Notes under the pieces: model-generated
The model's database searches: none
What the model saw: the letters and a program-made list of their open reading frames with translations, nothing else
What the model was told of the DNA's origin: nothing
In this document: in pieces, positions 58,653-64,000 of the stretch
Numbering within the stretch: position 1 is the first letter of the stretch
Layout: each line of letters begins with the position of its first letter
Source of the DNA: Candidatus Woesearchaeota archaeon
GTDB lineage: Archaea > Nanobdellota > Nanobdellia > Woesearchaeales > 0-14-0-80-44-23
Reading direction: 5' to 3'
Length of the DNA stretch: 64,000 nt
Assembly (NCBI GenBank): GCA_038874135.1
Contig: JAVZCZ010000001.1
Location: forward strand, 416,001-480,000
Program-made: the position numbers and the translations under genes

Positions 58653-60584
58653 ATGCACATCAATAGGAAAGGGCACTGGCTGGTGTTCTTTCTCACAATC
58701 GGCTCTTTAATAATATTCGCATTTCTATACGCTACCTTATACAAGAAGGATACACAGCTGACCAAATACATCGGATTTGAACAGATAAGAATGCTGGACA
58801 CATACGCTCAGGGAGAAAAAGCTCTTTATTTCATAGATGTCGCTTCAAAATATGCAATCTATGATGCAGCCGTAAAATTGGGTGAAAACGGAGGCCTGTG
58901 GGGAAGCAGCTGCGGACTGGCTGACGGATTTCAGGCGTGGAGGGATAGAGCTCAGGAGTGCTATCCAAACTCAAGGGACGCTCTGATCAACTTTCAAAAG
59001 GCTTACAGCGATTCGCTCATCAAATACTTAAATTCGTATCCTGAAGGAAGCCTGCCTGTTGGCAAGTACTACTCCATAATCGCTTGGAATAATGACAAAA
59101 CTACAAGCGTAGTGGGCACTACCAAGGAGAGCATAGCAATAATTCCGCCTGGAAGTATTGAAGCATCAATTGACGCTTCAAAGGGGTTTGCATATCCGAT
59201 ACAGAAAAATGGAGGTATTAAAGCTGATAAGTTCTTTGTAACATCCTGTTTTGGAATTAGGATACTTAATGGCGAGCAGGATTCTCATCCTGGTGTTGAT
59301 TTTGGACATCCTGAAGGCACGCCAATATATGCAGTTGACGAAGGAATTGTAGAAGATGTAAGTTATGACTGCAAAAGCAGGTGCGAGGGCTTAATAGGAG
59401 AGGATAAGTGGGGTCCAAGCTGCTACTGCGGATCGGGATATGGGAACTATGTCAAGATAAAACATTCTAACTTTGAAACGGTGTATGCGCATCTGAAGGA
59501 AATCTTTGTAAAGGAAGGCGACTCTGTAAGCAAGGGGCAGCAGATTGGAACTGAGGGGAGCACTGGAAAATCAACAGGTCCACACCTGCACTTTGAACTC
59601 AGAATTAAAGGAAACGCGGTAAATCCGCTATGCGTATATGACACAAATTCTGGAAACTTTGTTTTTTCCGACGGCGGCGATGGAAGCTGCGAGCGTACAA
59701 TGCAGTGCAGCTATGTTGTAACAGCAAGCTCAACCGGCACAAGTGCTGATGAGTCAACATTTAAAGCCGGAGATCTAAGCTATTATGTCAATCCTTCATT
59801 CAAAGCCTCTGCTGAATACAGCTTTCAAATATATGACATTCTGAGTGAGAAGGCAAAAACTATAGTTAAAGCGTGCTCCAAGAAGAGTTATGATGAGAGG
59901 GCGCAGTGCGTAATGAGTAAGTCAAAAGAGCTTTCTGATAGCGAAGTTGAGCTTAGTGTTTGCAGTCAGAAAAAATTCAAATTTGGTGAAGAAGCAATAA
60001 TAACCCTGTTAAGAAGTATTGAAGAAGAATGCCTGGACGGGGACGGCTGTTACTGTTACACGGACTTATTGAACATACCTGCAATAGAGGTGCCTGATGG
60101 GACTTATGATTTTGAAGTAAGTAATGGCTTTCTAAAAGCGAAGGTGTGTACCAGCAGCAATTGCATTTCATCAACTAGGCTTGTGTTCCTCTCAGATAAT
60201 TATGATGATGCTTCTTATAACTTAGGATTCCCAACGACAATTTCTACGAATTACGAAATTGGAATAACTTACAGGAGTGGAAAAATAGTTAGTGCACAAC
60301 TCAGATTTGAGGACTCTTCCGGAAATATGCATGTTTGGGACCTTTCAAACCTTATAATTTTCAAGAAGAGAGGAATTGCGGGAGAACTCTTCTCAATGAT
60401 AGTTAACAAAGACGCATTTGAAAATCCAGACAACCACTTTAAAGAGTATATGAGCTGCGGTTTTTCTCCGGATGCATTTACCTTCTGCGCTATTGACAAG
60501 ACAAACAAGATTCCAGTTTATGTGCCAAACAAAAATAAGCTGTCATTAGAGAACCCAACAATAAAATTCGCACTTTACATATAA
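58653..60584 (+). CDS. Prepilin-like protein with inserted M23 metallopeptidase (peptidoglycan endopeptidase) domain
   Basis: NRKG|HWLVF signal; TSCFG.R, HPGVD (HxxxD), GYGNYVKIKH, YAHL, STGPHLHFE (HxH). Confidence 0.9.
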   Translation: MHINRKGHWLVFFLTIGSLIIFAFLYATLYKKDTQLTKYIGFEQIRMLDTYAQGEKALYFIDVASKYAIYDAAVKLGENGGLWGSSCGLADGFQAWRDRAQECYPNSRDALINFQKAYSDSLIKYLNSYPEGSLPVGKYYSIIAWNNDKTTSVVGTTKESIAIIPPGSIEASIDASKGFAYPIQKNGGIKADKFFVTSCFGIRILNGEQDSHPGVDFGHPEGTPIYAVDEGIVEDVSYDCKSRCEGLIGEDKWGPSCYCGSGYGNYVKIKHSNFETVYAHLKEIFVKEGDSVSKGQQIGTEGSTGKSTGPHLHFELRIKGNAVNPLCVYDTNSGNFVFSDGGDGSCERTMQCSYVVTASSTGTSADESTFKAGDLSYYVNPSFKASAEYSFQIYDILSEKAKTIVKACSKKSYDERAQCVMSKSKELSDSEVELSVCSQKKFKFGEEAIITLLRSIEEECLDGDGCYCYTDLLNIPAIEVPDGTYDFEVSNGFLKAKVCTSSNCISSTRLVFLSDNYDDASYNLGFPTTISTNYEIGITYRSGKIVSAQLRFEDSSGNMHVWDLSNLIIFKKRGIAGELFSMIVNKDAFENPDNHFKEYMSCGFSPDAFTFCAIDKTNKIPVYVPNKNKLSLENPTIKFALYI

Positions 60585-60629
60585 GAAGTTTAAGATAAAT
60601 TTAAGAATTAGAAGTAAATCTCTAAAACT

Positions 60630-61790
60630 ATGTTTGGAGTTGTTGCAAAAGACCCTAAAAGCAGGGCAAGAGCAGGAGTCCTTAAAACAAAGAGCGGGAA
60701 TGCGCTCACTCCATTCTTCATGCCTGTAGCAACCAAGGCAGCTCCCAGATATTTATCCTCTCAAGACTTAAAGGAGATCAAGGTTCAAGCAATAATCTCA
60801 AATGCTCTGATGCTATACCTGCACCCGGGAACAGAGGTAGTTAAAAAAGCAGGAGGCATCCACGGCTTTATGAACTTTCAGCAGCCAATATTTACTGACT
60901 GCGGTGGATTTCAAATACTCAGAAAGGGAATATTTCTTAAAATTGAGAAGAACGGCATACTGTTTAGGTCTCCATTTGACGGGAAAAAGATCCTGCTAAC
61001 TCCCGAGCTGAGCATTAATATTCAGCAGGAGCTAAACTCTGATGCTGCAATGTGTCTAGACTACTGCGCTCCCTACGGGGCTGAGAGGGACGAAGCAGAA
61101 GAGGCTCTTAAAAAGACGCACGAATGGGCCCTCCGCTCTAAAAAGGTGCATCTGCTAAAAGAACAGCTCCTTTTTGGAATAGCACAAGGTAGCTTTTACA
61201 GAGAGCTCAGAATTGAAAGCATGAAATTCATAAGAGACCTGAATTTTGACGGCGTATCTCTTGGAGGGCTCTTCATAGGTGAGCCTAAGAAAAAGAGCTA
61301 TGAGATGATAAAAGCTTCTATAAGGTATGCTCCCGAAGATAAGCCCCGCTATATAATGGGGCTGGGAAGTCCAGAGGACATTGTTAAGTGCGTTTCTTTG
61401 GGAGTGGACATCTTTGACAGCGTTTATCCTGTGGAGAATGCTAGGCACGGAACGCTCTTTACTTGGAATGGCAAGATCAGCATTGATAAAAAGGAGTATA
61501 AACAAGATTTTTCACCTATTGAAGAGGGCTGCGGATGCTACACTTGTAGGCATTACACTAAGGCGTACCTGCACCATCTAATTAAGACGGATGAGCAGCT
61601 CGGATTCAGACTAAGGATATATCATAACATGTACTTCATGCAGAGGCTCATGGACAAGATAAGAGAATCAATAGCTGCTGGAACATTCTCAAAACTTGAG
61701 AAGCAGATAACATCTGCATATTCTAAAGGCTGTGACCCTGAAGAATTAACTCAGGGAAGGGCTTCTAACAGGATAAGAGTTCTAAAGTGA
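60630..61790 (+). CDS. tgt: tRNA-guanine transglycosylase, bacterial queuine-type
   Basis: TPFFMPVAT, TDCGGFQ, FGIAQG, GGLFIGE, DIFDSV, CGCYTC..H zinc site; 386 aa with no PUA domain. Confidence 0.92.
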   Translation: MFGVVAKDPKSRARAGVLKTKSGNALTPFFMPVATKAAPRYLSSQDLKEIKVQAIISNALMLYLHPGTEVVKKAGGIHGFMNFQQPIFTDCGGFQILRKGIFLKIEKNGILFRSPFDGKKILLTPELSINIQQELNSDAAMCLDYCAPYGAERDEAEEALKKTHEWALRSKKVHLLKEQLLFGIAQGSFYRELRIESMKFIRDLNFDGVSLGGLFIGEPKKKSYEMIKASIRYAPEDKPRYIMGLGSPEDIVKCVSLGVDIFDSVYPVENARHGTLFTWNGKISIDKKEYKQDFSPIEEGCGCYTCRHYTKAYLHHLIKTDEQLGFRLRIYHNMYFMQRLMDKIRESIAAGTFSKLEKQITSAYSKGCDPEELTQGRASNRIRVLK

Positions 61791-61811
61791 ATAGTTAAAT
61801 AAGAAAAGTGC

Positions 61812-62561
61812 TTACTCGTTTTCTATCCTTGGCGCCAGTATGAAGGAAACCATAAGCTTATCGGTTTCTGCATAGTCCAGCTTTAGTGGGTAGTCTGAAC
61901 TCAGTGAGATTGTAACATTCTCACAGAGCTTCTCTGCTGTTATCATCTTCTTGAGGTATTCAATTGAGTAGCGCGCTCTGGCTTTTTCTCCTTTCAATTC
62001 TATCTTAGTGTTTTCAGATGCTGAGATCTCAACTTCTGCCTGGCTTAGCTCTCCCTCTGCAGATATTACCAGCTTGGACGGCTGCACTTCAAACAGGACT
62101 GACTCGCCGATGATGTCGGCATCTCCTATTGCACTGCTCAGTATTGAGGAAGATGTTTTTACCTTAGCGTTGAACTTTAAGTCTGGAACCTTCTGCTCCT
62201 TGTCTTCCATGTCTATTAGTGGGAGTGAAAATGTCCTCTTGCTCCCTCCCTGAAGGGTTATTTTTAGCTTGTTGTCGGTCCTTTCTATGGTCATCGTGTC
62301 GTTAGCATTCACTCTTCTTAGTATCTGTTTAAGGTTTGCCAGGTTGAGTCCAAGCTCGGATGGCTTTTGAAGCTCATATTCTACAAATGTGCTGGAAAAC
62401 AGCTTAAAGATTACCATCGCAACATTTGCAGGGTCCATGGCAACTATTTCTATGCCTTCAGAAGTTATCTTCATCCTTGCCTCATTAACAAGTTCTGAGA
62501 TGATTGAGATGCTGTCTTTGAAGTATTTTGGCTCTGCAAGCACTAGTTTCATATAAAACAC
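61812..62561 (-). CDS. pcn: DNA polymerase sliding clamp PCNA
   Basis: AMDPANVAM, YSIEYLKK, DYPLKL, ILAPRIE motifs. Confidence 0.95.
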   Translation of the reverse strand: MFYMKLVLAEPKYFKDSISIISELVNEARMKITSEGIEIVAMDPANVAMVIFKLFSSTFVEYELQKPSELGLNLANLKQILRRVNANDTMTIERTDNKLKITLQGGSKRTFSLPLIDMEDKEQKVPDLKFNAKVKTSSSILSSAIGDADIIGESVLFEVQPSKLVISAEGELSQAEVEISASENTKIELKGEKARARYSIEYLKKMITAEKLCENVTISLSSDYPLKLDYAETDKLMVSFILAPRIENE

Positions 62562-62674
62562 CCCACTTTTTTATTTAAATCTCCAAATGGCATATTTAAA
62601 CTTTTTCCTTTAACCATGAATTTTTTGCCCCTCTGTACAAAAGCTTTTTATGCATTTAATGCATCCTGTTAAGC

Positions 62675-63571
62675 GTGGACTTTATGGAGATTTACGAGTC
62701 TAGCAATGGGCTTATAAGCAGAGATGAGTGGGAGAAGCAGATAATCAGCCTTTTTAAAAGTAGACGGGCTGATATTAAAGAAGAAGTTAATGAGGAAGCC
62801 CTTTCCAAAATTATAAGCAGGGCAGTTGAGAAGCGCATTCCTTCTGAGAAGTGCGGAGTTCTCCTTTCAGGAGGAGTTGATTCAACCCTTATAGCTTTCC
62901 TGCTTAAAAGGTTGGGTGCAGAGGTGGAATGCTTCTCAGTCGGTATTTCAGGAAGTGAGGATTTAAATTGGGCGCGCATTGCTGCAGCATCGCTTAATCT
63001 TCCAATATTTTGTGAAGAGTTTTCAGATGAATCCTTGGAATCTGCCTTCAGAACTGTAAAAAGGATTCTTGAAACGGACAATCCGGTAAGCATATGCATA
63101 GGCGCGGTCAGCTACCTGGGAATGAAGCTGGCTTCAGATCACAATGTGCACATAATATTTTCCGGACTCGGATCTGAAGAGCTTTTTGCCGGCTATGAGC
63201 GGCACCTTAACGCTTTAAAACAGGGCAGGGATGTAAATGAGGAGTGCCTTTCAGGACTCATATCAATGTATGAAAGGGACATTGAGAGGGACTACAAAAT
63301 TTCAAAGGCTTTGGGATGCGTCTTAAAAACTCCATTTTTAGATGATGAGCTCATACCTGCTTCTGCAGCTATTCCTGGCAGTGAAAAAATAAATCTTGAG
63401 GATAAGAAGATAATTCTTAGGAGAAGCGCCATGCTGCTCGGCCTTCCAGAGCAGTTCTGTACAAGAAAGAAAAGAGCTGCTCAGTACGGCTCAGGCTTTG
63501 AAAGGCGAATGGAGAAGATTGCTAAGAAGCATGGGTTTAAGAGCGAGCGGGAGTATTGTAAGTTTCTATGA
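62675..63571 (+). CDS. Asparagine synthase C-terminal (synthetase) domain protein lacking the glutaminase domain
   Basis: LLSGGVDS, SGLGSEELFAGY, PFLD, KIILR, RKKRAAQYGSG motifs. Confidence 0.85.
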   Translation: MDFMEIYESSNGLISRDEWEKQIISLFKSRRADIKEEVNEEALSKIISRAVEKRIPSEKCGVLLSGGVDSTLIAFLLKRLGAEVECFSVGISGSEDLNWARIAAASLNLPIFCEEFSDESLESAFRTVKRILETDNPVSICIGAVSYLGMKLASDHNVHIIFSGLGSEELFAGYERHLNALKQGRDVNEECLSGLISMYERDIERDYKISKALGCVLKTPFLDDELIPASAAIPGSEKINLEDKKIILRRSAMLLGLPEQFCTRKKRAAQYGSGFERRMEKIAKKHGFKSEREYCKFL

Positions 63572-63578
63572 GCAGGAC

Positions 63579-64000
63579 TCATTTTAGGTGAAGCTGGAGT
63601 ATGTCTGTGTCTGAGAGCTGGTGTTCCAGCTTGAACTTCTGGCCTGGAAACTTGGCTGATGGTCCCCAGACGCGTGCGAATCTGAGCCTGTTGGGAAAGT
63701 CTGTGTGAATCTTAAGGCAGGCGTCCCTTATTGTGGCGCCCCTTCTCAGAATCATTGGCTTTTCAAGGTCTGGGTCCTTGCCAACCTCTTTTAGATAGAC
63801 TCTTATGAAGTCCAGCCGCTGGTAGATTGCCTCTTTTAGCTCTTCCAGGTTGGTGTTGTTTTCTGCTGAGATGAAAACAGCTTTGGGCTCTTTGCAGTTC
63901 TTGAGTATTGCAGACTTTTTAGAGAGCGATTCAATGTATTCCTTTATGCTCTTAATTTCTTCCTCTCCAACCATGTCAATCTTATTTACAACAATCAGCC
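63579..64000 (-). CDS. DRG/OBG-family GTPase, 3' part with TGS domain (continues beyond the window)
   Basis: Frame is open to the edge with VVNKID (G4), ISAE (G5) and TGS motif ARVWGPSAKFPGQ. Confidence 0.9.
   Translation of the reverse strand, partial: LIVVNKIDMVGEEEIKSIKEYIESLSKKSAILKNCKEPKAVFISAENNTNLEELKEAIYQRLDFIRVYLKEVGKDPDLEKPMILRRGATIRDACLKIHTDFPNRLRFARVWGPSAKFPGQKFKLEHQLSDTDILQLHLK

Noticed and set aside
1-64000. CRISPR array, IS/transposase, integrase or prophage
   Set aside because: No regularly spaced DNA repeats with unique spacers, no recombinase motifs, and no duplicated tRNA 3' end (att site) seen by eye.

Overview
This 64 kb window is gene-dense archaeal chromosome, most consistent with a DPANN/Woesearchaeota-like organism. 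That assignment is an inference from archaeal PCNA, CDC48, RNase HII, UMP kinase and DRG GTPase sitting beside bacterial-type Adk and Tgt and many prepilin-like genes. Housekeeping genes include two tRNA-Arg genes, a POR operon, pdxS, truD, a P-type ATPase, a MacB-type ABC module and a MoxR-DUF58-vWA operon. The main accessory feature is a co-oriented type IV pilus-like locus (about 10.1-25.7 kb). It has a TadB/C-like platform and about 9 class III signal peptide proteins, several carrying payloads: a vWA/MIDAS domain and a GATase-like domain on nested stalks, a Hint autoprocessing domain and a Cys-rich zinc metalloprotease. A related prepilin-like protein elsewhere carries an M23 peptidoglycan hydrolase, and a D-Ala-D-Ala dipeptidase is also present. 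Together these suggest a pilus-displayed adhesion/attack apparatus, possibly aimed at bacteria (hypothesis). Other oddities are a tRNA intron in the T-loop with a perfect BHB motif, a 53-bp identical repeat between the two CDC48 Walker A regions, a ~130-aa insertion in PdxS, a 2255-aa apparently fused surface protein and an inverted-repeat operator upstream of an RHH gene. I saw no CRISPR array, transposase or integrase. All calls come from motif recognition by eye; no database searches were run.
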